The notes under the pieces were generated by a model. It searched no databases, was not told the DNA's origin, and was given only the letters and a program-made list of their open reading frames with translations. A program made the position numbers and the translations under genes. Positions 37,125 to 46,454 of a DNA stretch of 61,162 nucleotides are shown piece by piece. The stretch is from an uncultured Bdellovibrionales bacterium (GTDB taxonomy: Bacteria > Bdellovibrionota > Bdellovibrionia > Bdellovibrionales > UBA1609). The DNA lies in assembly GCA_938001965.1 (NCBI GenBank), contig CALLBC010000062.1, forward strand, positions 1-61,162, written 5' to 3'. How positions within the stretch are numbered: position 1 is the stretch's first letter; each line of letters starts with the position of its first letter.

Positions 37125-37514
37125 TTCCACTCACATTTATTTTTTTAGGTAGGTATTGCTCGCACGCAGTTCCGTTAACAAGGGGCTGTCCGTAGTGTAG
37201 CTTCTATGTACTAAGGTTATTTAAGTACGAGTAGTTATGCTACCGAGCCTTCCATTCACACTTTGTTTTGGGGTAGGTATTGCTCGCACGCAGTTCCGTT
37301 AACGAGGGGCTGTCTGTAGTGTAGCTTCTACGTATTAAGGTTATTTGTGTGCGAATAGTTGTGCTACCGAGCCTTTCACTCACACTTTGTTTTGGGATAG
37401 GTATTGTTCGCACGCAGTTCCGTTAACGAGGGGCTGCACGAAGTGTAGCTCCCGCGTTACCACGGCTGTTTGAGTACGAGCAATACCTACCCCAAAACAA
37501 AGTGTGAGTGGAAG
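37125..37514. repeat. Three tandem ~125-nt units closed by a 37-nt inverted arm
   Basis: Units run 37125-37249, 37250-37373, and 37374 onward. Units 1 and 2 are roughly 85-90% identical. Unit 3 keeps the first ~70 nt, then diverges and ends in 37477-37513, the reverse complement of the unit 5' arm (37374-37410). Confidence 0.85.
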
Positions 37515-37953
37515 GCGAGGACCCTTTTTGGGACTAGGCACTTACACCATTTAGTGATTTTTGCCCCATTCTCAACAAAATATGTTATAAAAATATGCAT
37601 TCCCGCCCCCTATATTGGCTTTCAAGCCCAGCATAACTCGCTGCAATATAATTTTTTTTTAGTTTTTTGTGACGAAATTTGGGACCAAAAGTCGAGGCTA
37701 ATTCAATTTTTTTTAGAGCCTTTAGGCGCCCGAGTTTGGTCCATAGATGTGGAAAATACCAAGACAAATTACTTACATAAACCCGACTTATTAAGTGTAT
37801 AAAGTTAATTTTTTAACCCTTAAATCCAGTCTAGTTTGGAGGAAGAGCCAGGAAACTACTTGCGACAAAACCAAAATCCTGTCAGACTTTTATAGAGTCG
37901 GGCAATGGAGTCCAAACGTATTTATTAACCATAGGATTTGGGAGGGAGCAAGG

Positions 37954-38364
37954 ATGCTCAGAGATGTTCTAATATCAAAAGGATTATCAAACCGTGAAGC
38001 AGAAGTAGCGGAACTAGTAACACAAGGACTTTCTAATAAGGAAGTTGCTAACCGTTTATTTGTAACGGAAAAAACAGTTAAGTTTCACTTAACAAATATT
38101 TATAAGAAAATGAGTGTAAAGTCTCGTGCCCAACTTATCGTATGGTGTTTACCACACATGAGTTTTATCGAGAAGGATCAAGGTCGTTCTGCGGCACAAG
38201 AGCCAGCTCAAGCTATTAACCAAATGCCGATTGGTCAGCAAAATGTTGCTACAACAATCCCTGCTGGTAACCAAACTGTTGGTGGTATTAACCCTGGCGC
38301 TGGTAACACTGGTTTTGGTGGAACTAACAATGGTGGAACTAACAATGGTGGATCTACTTACTAA
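37954..38364 (+). CDS. Solo LuxR/GerE-type HTH regulator with a Gly/Asn-rich tail
   Basis: ATG 37954 is preceded by GGAGGGAGCAAGG. LSNREAEVAELVTQGLSNKEVANRLFVTEKTVKFHLTNIYKKMSVKSRAQL is a complete LuxR-type HTH at the N-terminus. The C-terminal ~70 aa are low complexity (GGINPGAGNTGFGGTNNGGTNNGGSTY). The track start at 37795 is unlikely. Confidence 0.85.
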   Translation: MLRDVLISKGLSNREAEVAELVTQGLSNKEVANRLFVTEKTVKFHLTNIYKKMSVKSRAQLIVWCLPHMSFIEKDQGRSAAQEPAQAINQMPIGQQNVATTIPAGNQTVGGINPGAGNTGFGGTNNGGTNNGGSTY

Positions 38365-38378
38365 GTATTAGGTAAAAA

Positions 38379-38864
38379 ATGTTGGAAGCAAAACCCGTTT
38401 CAGATTCTATTGTACAAATGACTGAAATGGTGCTTCCGACACATATTAATTCTCTAAATTCAATTTTTGGTGGAACTATCATGTCATGGATAGATATAGC
38501 CGCCGCAATCTCGGCCCAGCGCCACTCATCACGACCAGTAGTTACAGCAAGTATAGATGCTTTAAATTTTATAGCACCAGTTTATAAAGGCTGGATTGTT
38601 AATTTATTAGCCAGTGTTAATTATGTATCAAACACCTCCATGGAAGTGGGTGTTAGAGTTGAGGCTGAAAATCCAATTAAAAATAAACGCTTTCATACGG
38701 CTTCCGCGTACCTTACTTTTGTGGCTTTGGGGGACAATGGTAAGCCCACAGAAGTCCCAAAGATTATAGCTAGCACTGAAGCTGAGAAAAGGCGCTATGA
38801 GGCCGCACAGCTACGTAGGCAGTCGAGATTAGAGCTTAGAAAATCTATTTCCAAGAACACTTAA
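38379..38864 (+). CDS. Acyl-CoA thioesterase (hotdog fold, YciA/BFIT-like)
   Basis: LPTHINSLNSIFGGTIMSWIDIAAAISAQRHS...VVTASIDALNFIAPV pattern. Confidence 0.85.
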   Translation: MLEAKPVSDSIVQMTEMVLPTHINSLNSIFGGTIMSWIDIAAAISAQRHSSRPVVTASIDALNFIAPVYKGWIVNLLASVNYVSNTSMEVGVRVEAENPIKNKRFHTASAYLTFVALGDNGKPTEVPKIIASTEAEKRRYEAAQLRRQSRLELRKSISKNT

Positions 38865-39013
38865 TTGTGCCCAAAATTGTCATATCATTGAAATATTTAT
38901 CTAGGCAATTCCTGAAATACAGTTGTTTTAGTTTTAAAATCTAATCTAGTGCCATGCGCTTGGTACATTATTTTCAATAGTATCCCATGTACATTGAACC
39001 TCAGGAGTGAAGT

Positions 39014-39337
39014 ATGAGAATAATTAAAATAGTAGCTTTGATCACATCTATTCTGTTTTTATTTAGTTCAGCATTTGCTACGGAAGATATGATTAAGGCT
39101 ATGGAGAATCTAGATAGAATTGAGAAAACCACTTGTTTAGATAAAGCCATTGATAATTTTATTGGATATTCAAGAGTTAAGCCCGATGAATTAGCTAATT
39201 TAAGTACATTAACATTAGAAAATGAAAAAAAGATTACTGGTGCAATATCTTTAACCTATTCAATGAACTTTTTAGTTGAGGATAGAGTTGTACTTAAAAA
39301 GACAAAAGTAAGAAGCCTTAATGGTATGTGTTTTTAA
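39014..39337 (+). CDS. Small hypothetical exported protein (107 aa)
   Basis: Signal peptide MRIIKIVALITSILFLFSSAFA, with AGGAG upstream. Confidence 0.5.
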   Translation: MRIIKIVALITSILFLFSSAFATEDMIKAMENLDRIEKTTCLDKAIDNFIGYSRVKPDELANLSTLTLENEKKITGAISLTYSMNFLVEDRVVLKKTKVRSLNGMCF

Positions 39338-39352
39338 ATACAAAAAAGGTAA

Positions 39353-40111
39353 TTAATGGCTGTGGAGTCCGTACATAGTGATGAGGGCAGATATGATCAT
39401 CAATGGGAGTCCCCAGCGAAACTTTAAAGTGGCAGGAACAAGGTGTACTAAAAGATTGTAGATCATAACACCTGTTGCAAATGGCAATAAGAGATCTGTA
39501 AATTGGCCATTGGCATTAAGTAATAAACTAATTAAAAGGCCAAGAATAAGAGCAAAGGCCACAATAAAAGCGCTTTTAAAAGCATTTTTATTGCCAAGGT
39601 TACCAGCAACCCCAAAGCTGGCAGCAAGTGCGCCGGTGGGTGCCACATGTAGGTAAAGAGCAAGTGCTGTAATCCAGCCAATTTTAGTGTCCATAGCAAA
39701 GCCAGCGGCTAATTCAATACCATCAAAAAATGAGCAAACAACTAAGCAGCTAATTGATGTGCAAGCTGTCTGTTGAGTAAGTAGCATTTTGGGGTCATGT
39801 GTTCCGCAGCCTGACTTCTTGCAGCTGGGCTCGTTATTGAAAAATTTAAGTCTTGGAGTGAGGTATTTATCACAAATAATAAAGCATAAGATCCCTGAAA
39901 GCATTATTGCAGAGGTTTGTTCGTTGTCACCAGCAAAGGATCTAGGTAAAAACTCGTGAAAGGTGAGGCCACAAAGAATGCCAGAGCTTATAGATACTAA
40001 TGAGCTTAAATAGATATGGTTACTTTTATCAACCAATCTAATGATGAGGTGTGCGCCAGTAATTATGCCAATAAGTAGCAGTATAATGAATATAACAAAA
40101 TTAAGCTCCAT
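39353..40111 (-). CDS. ZIP-family-like metal permease
   Basis: About 8 hydrophobic segments, a Cys/His loop (EPSCKKSGCGTHDPK), a TM4-like FFDGIELAAGF and a TM5-like LYLHVAPTGALA. Divergent from the canonical motifs as I recall them. Confidence 0.55.
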   Translation of the reverse strand: MELNFVIFIILLLIGIITGAHLIIRLVDKSNHIYLSSLVSISSGILCGLTFHEFLPRSFAGDNEQTSAIMLSGILCFIICDKYLTPRLKFFNNEPSCKKSGCGTHDPKMLLTQQTACTSISCLVVCSFFDGIELAAGFAMDTKIGWITALALYLHVAPTGALAASFGVAGNLGNKNAFKSAFIVAFALILGLLISLLLNANGQFTDLLLPFATGVMIYNLLVHLVPATLKFRWGLPLMIISALITMYGLHSH

Positions 40112-40347
40112 AGAGCTTCATTACCTTCTATGTGAGATTTATGTCAATGAATACTAAATGCTTGATAATAAGTACTAAAGAGGCAAAATTGCTTCGCTTT
40201 TGGGAGCCAGCCTAAAGGCTGTAAGCCAATCTATTGAGGGCTGTGATGGTGCCTCTAAAAAGGTCCCAAATAGTTAGATTTTTTAAAAAGTAAATGCCAG
40301 AAGTTAGAAAGCTGTTACAATAGTTATATGTCAGGGGGAAATGTATT

Positions 40348-40902
40348 ATGGCAAATGGAATAAAAATTGGGGCAGTTATTATATCATTAATTGGTGTGAC
40401 CTTACTTTTTCAAAACTGTATTGTTAAGAATGATGAGAAAGGGCAAATTCAGTCAGTACAAAATTTTCCGCAAACTTTTGATAAAATTATTTTAAGTTCT
40501 GGCTATAGTGATGAGGACTCTGAGTTATCCTCTTATATGGAAATAGATTTCAATAGTAATACAATTGGTGCAAGTGCTCGTTCAATGACTGAGGATGGGT
40601 CAATGTGTGATCAAGAAGTTTCTTTGGACGATGAAACTAAAAATACAATTATGGCTAAATATAAAACCGCAAAACTTTGTGTAACATTTTTAAAACCATC
40701 TCCTGATACTGTATGTACTATGGAGCTTCGAGAGAATGATTATTTAAAAGTATTTTCTGGAGACAAGATGCAGCTCAATGCAACATTGTTAGGTAAAAAA
40801 TGTGGACACTCCGGGGCTACTGATGAGCTATGTGAGGGTGGTCCAGAGCTTTTGACATATTTAAAGTCTTTACACTCAGAAGTTTCTGCCGCCTGCAATT
40901 AA
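40348..40902 (+). CDS. Hypothetical exported/lipoprotein (184 aa)
   Basis: N-terminal hydrophobic segment ending LFQNC, and several Cys. Confidence 0.5.
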   Translation: MANGIKIGAVIISLIGVTLLFQNCIVKNDEKGQIQSVQNFPQTFDKIILSSGYSDEDSELSSYMEIDFNSNTIGASARSMTEDGSMCDQEVSLDDETKNTIMAKYKTAKLCVTFLKPSPDTVCTMELRENDYLKVFSGDKMQLNATLLGKKCGHSGATDELCEGGPELLTYLKSLHSEVSAACN

Positions 40903-40903
40903 T

Positions 40904-42283
40904 TTAAATCTCAGCAATCTCGCCAGTGCTGTCGCCAAATTTTGCAATGTTAACGCCATAACGTTTCATAATGGTTAACCATAAGTTAGTGAGTGGTTGC
41001 TTTTTATTACTAGTAATACCAGTTTTAATACGACCATTGGCGCCACCAGCAAGTGCAAAAAATAAATTGTCTGCCATATGATGTGGTCCCTTGCTTTGGC
41101 AGCTGCCGTGTACAAGTAGTGTTTTGTCTAATAAACTTTTACCTGTTGGGTCTTTGCGAGCTTCCATTTTTAAAGCAAATTCAGCAAAGTTTTTAGTGTG
41201 CCACCTATTTATGAGTTTGAAGTCATGAGCGTTATGAGCCAGATCTGAGCTGTTGCCTTGGTAAGCCTCACCTTTAAGCTCTCCATCAGTATGTGTGGCC
41301 GTGTTGTAATGGGAGAGTCCATGCCATATGTTATTGCCACTTTTAAAGCCAGTCATCCAACTGTGTTTTAGTGTGCTTGAGGGCATAGCTCGCATAATAC
41401 TACTGTTATAAGTCAGTTCACACTCATGGGCTAATATTTTTAACTCCTGCATAATATCTAGTCGTTCTTTATAAGTTGTAGAGACATAAGCATCCAGGTC
41501 TTTGTTTAGTTGTGGGTCAATTTTGCACTCAGCACTGACTTGTTCTAAGTTTGCAATACTTCTTTCCACTTCGCGAATACTTGTAAAGTACTGATCAAGT
41601 TTTAATTTGTCTGCGGTACTCACTCTTCTGTTGAGAGACATAATCCCATCTTTAACCACATCAAGCACACTTAATAGGCCGGGCTTAGATGTATTATTGT
41701 TGTTATTTGAATCAAAAGCAAAAAGCTTATTATATAGATCCTTGGTGCTAAAGTAATAGGGGATTGGTTTGCCAGGGCCTTGCCACGAAAATACACGGAA
41801 AGGTAAGCCATGGTTAGGGCTAGTGTGCATATTTATATTAAAAGATCTTATGGGAGCATTTTTAGCGCTAGCGTGAGCATCCACTAAATATTGGTCAAAG
41901 GTTTTAGTAAAAGCAGCATGGCTTTCTGAAGGGCGAATTTTTTCAAAGCCCGTCACTCTAAAAGCTTGTCCACGGGTGAAAGAAAGAAAGTTTTCCATAT
42001 GTGGGTGAGCAAGAGGTGTGTGACGGTAAGGATTGTTTAGCTTTGCAAAATAGCTATATTTACTTCCAAGAATTTTTAACTCATCAATCATATGGTCTGG
42101 TGTGAAGTTGTTATCTTCTTCGGCATAGAATCCATTAGGAAAAAAATCAAAGATAAAGTGTGGGGTGCTTTGAGCTGCGTATGCATTTTTGTTGAGGATC
42201 ATAACATCAAGTGCTGGCAGAGCAAGCGTATAGCCCATGCCTTTTAGGAAAGTTCGTCTGTCTAGATGCCATTTTTTTTTCAT
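40904..42283 (-). CDS. DUF1552-family protein with twin-arginine signal
   Basis: MKKKWHLDRRTFLKGMGYTLALPALDVM is the typical DUF1552 Tat-like N-terminus. Lies directly downstream of its usual DUF1588-type partner. Confidence 0.75.
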   Translation of the reverse strand: MKKKWHLDRRTFLKGMGYTLALPALDVMILNKNAYAAQSTPHFIFDFFPNGFYAEEDNNFTPDHMIDELKILGSKYSYFAKLNNPYRHTPLAHPHMENFLSFTRGQAFRVTGFEKIRPSESHAAFTKTFDQYLVDAHASAKNAPIRSFNINMHTSPNHGLPFRVFSWQGPGKPIPYYFSTKDLYNKLFAFDSNNNNNTSKPGLLSVLDVVKDGIMSLNRRVSTADKLKLDQYFTSIREVERSIANLEQVSAECKIDPQLNKDLDAYVSTTYKERLDIMQELKILAHECELTYNSSIMRAMPSSTLKHSWMTGFKSGNNIWHGLSHYNTATHTDGELKGEAYQGNSSDLAHNAHDFKLINRWHTKNFAEFALKMEARKDPTGKSLLDKTLLVHGSCQSKGPHHMADNLFFALAGGANGRIKTGITSNKKQPLTNLWLTIMKRYGVNIAKFGDSTGEIAEI

Positions 42284-42288
42284 AATAG

Positions 42289-43932
42289 TTACCTTAAAAA
42301 TAAATCACTAGTTACTAATGCTTTTATAATCTCTTTAAATGTCATATCTTTTTTTGTAATTAATTTGTTAGTTGCGCATAGGTCTTCTTTTTGAGCAGCT
42401 TTAGCTCGAGCCAGTGATGTTAAATGATGACTAAAGCAACTTTCAAAGCTATACAGCTCTGAGTTTTGCATGGCCACAGTTAGATCAACTGAATTATTAA
42501 ATGAGCTGCCATCAATCAGCTGGCCACTAGTGTCCACTGGGTGAGGACCATTATGTGAACGTATACGGCCGAAGGCATCAAAGTTTTCAAAAGCAATACC
42601 AATGGGATCCATCTGTTTATGGCATTCACCGCAGGCTCGGCTCGAGGACAAATGAGCCAATCGTTCTTTCATTGGTAATGTATCGTCAAGTTTAACATTA
42701 TTAACAGCATTCATTAAGTTGCCTGGGATAGGGTCTGGAGGCATACAAAAGGCCCTTTTTAAAAACCAATACCCTCTTGCTGTAGGGTTTGTTTCGCCAG
42801 GTTCACTCATTCCGGCAATAACTGCAGCTTGTGAAAATAGCCCGCTGCGATCAGCTGTTAAATTAACTTGCTTAAGCTCATCAGTAAGTCCGTTGGTATT
42901 TAAGCCGTAAAAATCAGCAGATTTATTATTAACAAAAGTATAATTAGCGGTTAATAGCTCACTGACTGGTAGGTTATTTTTTACCACATGCTTTAATAAA
43001 GCTTGTGATTCACCAATTAAAGAATTAGCAAGTTCTTCACTAATTTCGCTATTTTCTTTAAAATTATTTTTAGCCACATCTAATGATAGCCATTGCTCAG
43101 AAAAGTTAAGTGTAAAGCGCTCAATTTTATTGCTACCGACCATTCTTTCAACTTGCTTATTTAATCCTGACTCTGTTATTAGCTCTCCATTTTTAGCTGC
43201 TAATAGGAGTTCTTCATCAGGTAAAGAAAACCAAAGTAATGTGGCAAGGCGATCAGCTATCATAAAATTACTAAGTATTTTTTTGTCTAAGTTTTGAGCT
43301 GAGCTTTCATGAAATAAAAAGTCTGGCATTAAAAATAGAGCAACAAGACCCCATTTTAGTTTTTCCTCAGGAGTGTCAAAAGTAATTAGTGTGTTTTTAA
43401 TTTTTGCAATTAGCTCAGGGCTCGGTTGCCCGCGATGTGCAAGATGCGCTTTGTTGTTAATTATTTCTTCTATGCACCCATTGAGATTAATGTCGCATAT
43501 AAATACTTTTGGGTCTCGTCGTTCAATAGAATCAGTAACGACCTTTTCAAAAAAAGTAAAAAGTTTTTTTCCATCATCTGGGAAGAGGAGTTGTTGCGAG
43601 CTATCGTTACGCAGTCCCTTGTTGTTTGCAGAGTCGGTAGGTAATAAGTCAAGGTCCTCTTCGTTATTAAGACCGATCAGATCTAATAAAGAGAAGTAGA
43701 TTTGCTTACGGGTCATGCGAGATAGGGTAGTGTTCTCAATAGGAGCGGGCTTTGTGCAGTCAAGTATAGGGCTGCTGCCAGAGTTATTACTTTTAGGGTT
43801 TTCATCAGAAAAGTTAGACTCTATGCCAAATGTGCCAGTACTTTCAAACTGGGTACAGTTTTGATAAAGTAAAATTATAAAAAGTAGTACAGCTATGCGT
43901 ATATAGCGATTGATTGTACTATTTGATCCCAA
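42289..43932 (-). CDS. DUF1592/DUF1588-family protein with CxxCH motif
   Basis: N-terminal anchor. SRACGECHKQMDPIGIAFENFDAFGRIR is the conserved C-x-x-C-H...DP-G...FD..G block of this family (memory-based). 5-nt gap to the DUF1552 gene. Confidence 0.65.
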   Translation of the reverse strand: MGSNSTINRYIRIAVLLFIILLYQNCTQFESTGTFGIESNFSDENPKSNNSGSSPILDCTKPAPIENTTLSRMTRKQIYFSLLDLIGLNNEEDLDLLPTDSANNKGLRNDSSQQLLFPDDGKKLFTFFEKVVTDSIERRDPKVFICDINLNGCIEEIINNKAHLAHRGQPSPELIAKIKNTLITFDTPEEKLKWGLVALFLMPDFLFHESSAQNLDKKILSNFMIADRLATLLWFSLPDEELLLAAKNGELITESGLNKQVERMVGSNKIERFTLNFSEQWLSLDVAKNNFKENSEISEELANSLIGESQALLKHVVKNNLPVSELLTANYTFVNNKSADFYGLNTNGLTDELKQVNLTADRSGLFSQAAVIAGMSEPGETNPTARGYWFLKRAFCMPPDPIPGNLMNAVNNVKLDDTLPMKERLAHLSSSRACGECHKQMDPIGIAFENFDAFGRIRSHNGPHPVDTSGQLIDGSSFNNSVDLTVAMQNSELYSFESCFSHHLTSLARAKAAQKEDLCATNKLITKKDMTFKEIIKALVTSDLFLR

Positions 43933-44149
43933 AATAATAAATCCCCTGAAGAGTACTATTTAACTATAACATAAATCGTTATTTTTACTGGAAAAGATAA
44001 GCCTTCGTCTCAAATTCAAACACTAAAAAGTGAAGAAAACGAAGCTTTGTTTTTGTCTCAAATAAAGACAGTAAAACGATTGAGTTGTGCGTTTTTAAGC
44101 GGCCTAAGGTTTAGGTTAAGTTAAATTTGCTGTTGATATAATAAACAGC

Positions 44150-45055
44150 TTAAGAAAACACAAAGGGTAAAATTAGCGAGCTAGGTTTATCTTTTTTGGG
44201 AAAGCTGAGGCCTTTTAACTCATTAGTGATTAAGTCAATAAGTTCGTCATTACCTATTAAGGCATTAATTTCAATTAAGGTGTCGCATAAATTATTTATA
44301 TTTTTAACGGAGCCATCAGGGTTAATGTTAACTTTAAAACTGAGTAAGCCATTAAAAACACCTTGAGTTTGAATTTTTAGATTCAAGTTATCCAATTGGG
44401 TGTTTAAGCTTGCGTGGCATTCTGCTTCAGTGAGTGCTCCAAAAAAACATGGGGAAGGCTCTGTGAACCAGCCATGAATAACAATGCGAGAGTCTTTAGG
44501 CTCGTGGGCGCCGTGAACCCTTTGTACTCCATGTGGAAATCTAGGGTCAAAAACAGTGAGTTGATTAAAGCGAGGTGGTATTGTTTCAATAAGTTGTGGC
44601 TTTTCCACGCCTGCTTTATTATCAAAAAAGTCCCAATAACTTAGGGTTTCAGGTTTTAGTAAAAAAGTTTCACCACCTGTAAATGTTCGCTTGTCCCAGT
44701 CAGTGAGAGAAAACACAAAGGCCCATGGTCCATGTGGGCTATCGCTATGTAGTTTTTGCTCGCAACCATCCACATAATAGCTTAGCCACATAGGGGAGAC
44801 ATTGTTACAGCCTAGGTTTTCTTTGCCCCAGCTAATTAAATATTTTTCAAAACTTTCATATAAGTCACCAGTAAAAAAATGCTCAGCCGGAGTTCGAATG
44901 AGTTTATACTGATCCTTTACATACCAGTAATCCCAGCAAAACCGTTCAGACTTAGTATCTAATGGGTTTTCAAACAACTTGGTGAAGTGGCCTCTTAATT
45001 GGTTTGCGTTAGGGTAGAAGTTTTGGTGGCTTTGCCAAAATGGTTGTTCACTCAT
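44150..45055 (-). CDS. Putative 2OG-Fe(II) oxygenase superfamily protein
   Basis: Possible HxD...H facial triad (KLHSDSPHG ... RFPHGVQRV) and a later RIVIHGW. Weak, motif-only call. Confidence 0.4.
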   Translation of the reverse strand: MSEQPFWQSHQNFYPNANQLRGHFTKLFENPLDTKSERFCWDYWYVKDQYKLIRTPAEHFFTGDLYESFEKYLISWGKENLGCNNVSPMWLSYYVDGCEQKLHSDSPHGPWAFVFSLTDWDKRTFTGGETFLLKPETLSYWDFFDNKAGVEKPQLIETIPPRFNQLTVFDPRFPHGVQRVHGAHEPKDSRIVIHGWFTEPSPCFFGALTEAECHASLNTQLDNLNLKIQTQGVFNGLLSFKVNINPDGSVKNINNLCDTLIEINALIGNDELIDLITNELKGLSFPKKDKPSSLILPFVFS

Positions 45056-45080
45056 GGGAGTTCCTTTAGGGGATTATGAA

Positions 45081-46283
45081 TTATTTAATTGCAGAATGCC
45101 CAGTAACATTCATGCCAATAACTAAGCGATGTATGTCTTCAGTTCCTTCATAAGTATTAACACTTTCAAGGTTTAACATATGTCTGATCACAGGGTACTC
45201 ATCAATCACACCATTAGCTCCTAACATATCTCTTGCTTCTCGGGCAATCTCAAGAGCCATTTTACAATTATTCATTTTTACAAGTGAAACTTGTGCAGGG
45301 GTGAGTTCGTTAGACTCTTTTAATCGTCCAAGCTGTAGAGATAAAAACTGAGCTTTTGTTATTTCTTGAACCATTTTAACAAGCTTGGCCTGGGCGAGCT
45401 GGTAGGCTGCCAGTGGTTTATCAAAAATCACCCTTGTTTTAGAATAGTTTAAAGCTATATCATAACAAGCATTAGCCGCGCCAAGAACACCCCAAGTTAT
45501 GCCATAGCGTGCTTGAGTTAAGCAGCTCAGTGGTCCCTTTAGTCCTTCGCAGTTAGGGAGTATTTGCTCCTCTGCCACAAAACAATCTTGCATATGCAGT
45601 TCAGAGGTAACACTCATGCGAAGGGAAAATTTACCTTTCATTGTGGTGGTTGAAAAACCGGGGCTATTAGTTTCAATAATAAAGCCGCGCACTTTTCCGT
45701 CAAGTTTTGCCCATACAATGGCAACATCGGCAATACACCCATTTGTGATCCACATTTTGTTGCCGGTGAGTTTGTAGCCACCATCAACTTTTGTGGCTTT
45801 TGTTTGCATTCCTCCTGGGTTGGAGCCAGCATCTGGTTCAGTCAGACCAAAACAACCTATAAAATCACCGGAAGCTAATTTAGGTAGGTACTTATTTTTT
45901 TGATCTTCGCTGCCAAATGCCCATATTGGGTACATAACAAGTGAGCCTTGAACTGAGCAAAATGATCTAAGGCCAGAGTCTGCTCTTTCAATTTCTTGCA
46001 TCGCTAAACCATAGCAAACATCACTTAGCCCAGGGCAGTTATAGCCTTTAATATTGGTTCCTAATAGGCCAAGGCTGGCAAACTTTTTAATTAATTCTTT
46101 TGGAAAGGTCTCGTTGCGGTTGTGGGACTGAATGATGTCTAAAACTTCATTGTTTACAAAGCTTCTTACCGAGTTGCGAATAGAAAGCTCTTCTTTGGTA
46201 AAAAGCTTATCAACGTTAAGAAAGTTTAGTGAATTGTAGCTCATATTTTCATCCACAGTTAAGGCAAAAAAAGTATTTCGCAA
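45081..46283 (-). CDS. gcdH: Glutaryl-CoA dehydrogenase (acyl-CoA dehydrogenase family)
   Basis: LGLLGTNIKGYNCPGLS, ERADSGLRSFCSVQGSLVMYPI, IGCFGLTEPDAGSNPGGM, KMWITNG, C-terminal TYEGTEDIH. The likely start is ATG 46244; the track start is TTG 46283. Confidence 0.85.
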   Translation of the reverse strand: MRNTFFALTVDENMSYNSLNFLNVDKLFTKEELSIRNSVRSFVNNEVLDIIQSHNRNETFPKELIKKFASLGLLGTNIKGYNCPGLSDVCYGLAMQEIERADSGLRSFCSVQGSLVMYPIWAFGSEDQKNKYLPKLASGDFIGCFGLTEPDAGSNPGGMQTKATKVDGGYKLTGNKMWITNGCIADVAIVWAKLDGKVRGFIIETNSPGFSTTTMKGKFSLRMSVTSELHMQDCFVAEEQILPNCEGLKGPLSCLTQARYGITWGVLGAANACYDIALNYSKTRVIFDKPLAAYQLAQAKLVKMVQEITKAQFLSLQLGRLKESNELTPAQVSLVKMNNCKMALEIAREARDMLGANGVIDEYPVIRHMLNLESVNTYEGTEDIHRLVIGMNVTGHSAIK

Positions 46284-46454
46284 TTATAAGTGTTTTTATT
46301 TTTTTTAACAAATTACTAGTAAAAAAACCAATGTTATTAGCTGGGGTGCATTACTATTTATGGTTTTAAGTTTAAAAATTAGTTTAATTACGTACAATAT
46401 TAGTATCTGAAAATCTACTGCTGCCACCAAAATTGCAGAGTTAAGGAGAGAAAA

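Noticed and set aside
37125-37514. Possible CRISPR array (regularly spaced repeats in a non-coding region)
   Set aside because: The repeat period is ~125 nt, with the whole unit repeated. There are no short conserved repeats separated by unique spacers, and no cas genes lie nearby.
37470-37802. 110-aa ORF (and antisense 37585..37767) in the LuxR leader
   Set aside because: It starts inside the inverted arm of the tandem array, has no Shine-Dalgarno-like sequence and has odd composition (FFLVFCDEIWDQ...). It is most likely non-coding.
42272-42283. A9 tract right after the DUF1552 start codon (ATGAAAAAAAAATGG) as a phase-variation switch
   Set aside because: It simply encodes MKKKW. Runs of this length are common in this AT-rich sequence, and nothing else suggests contingency-locus behaviour.
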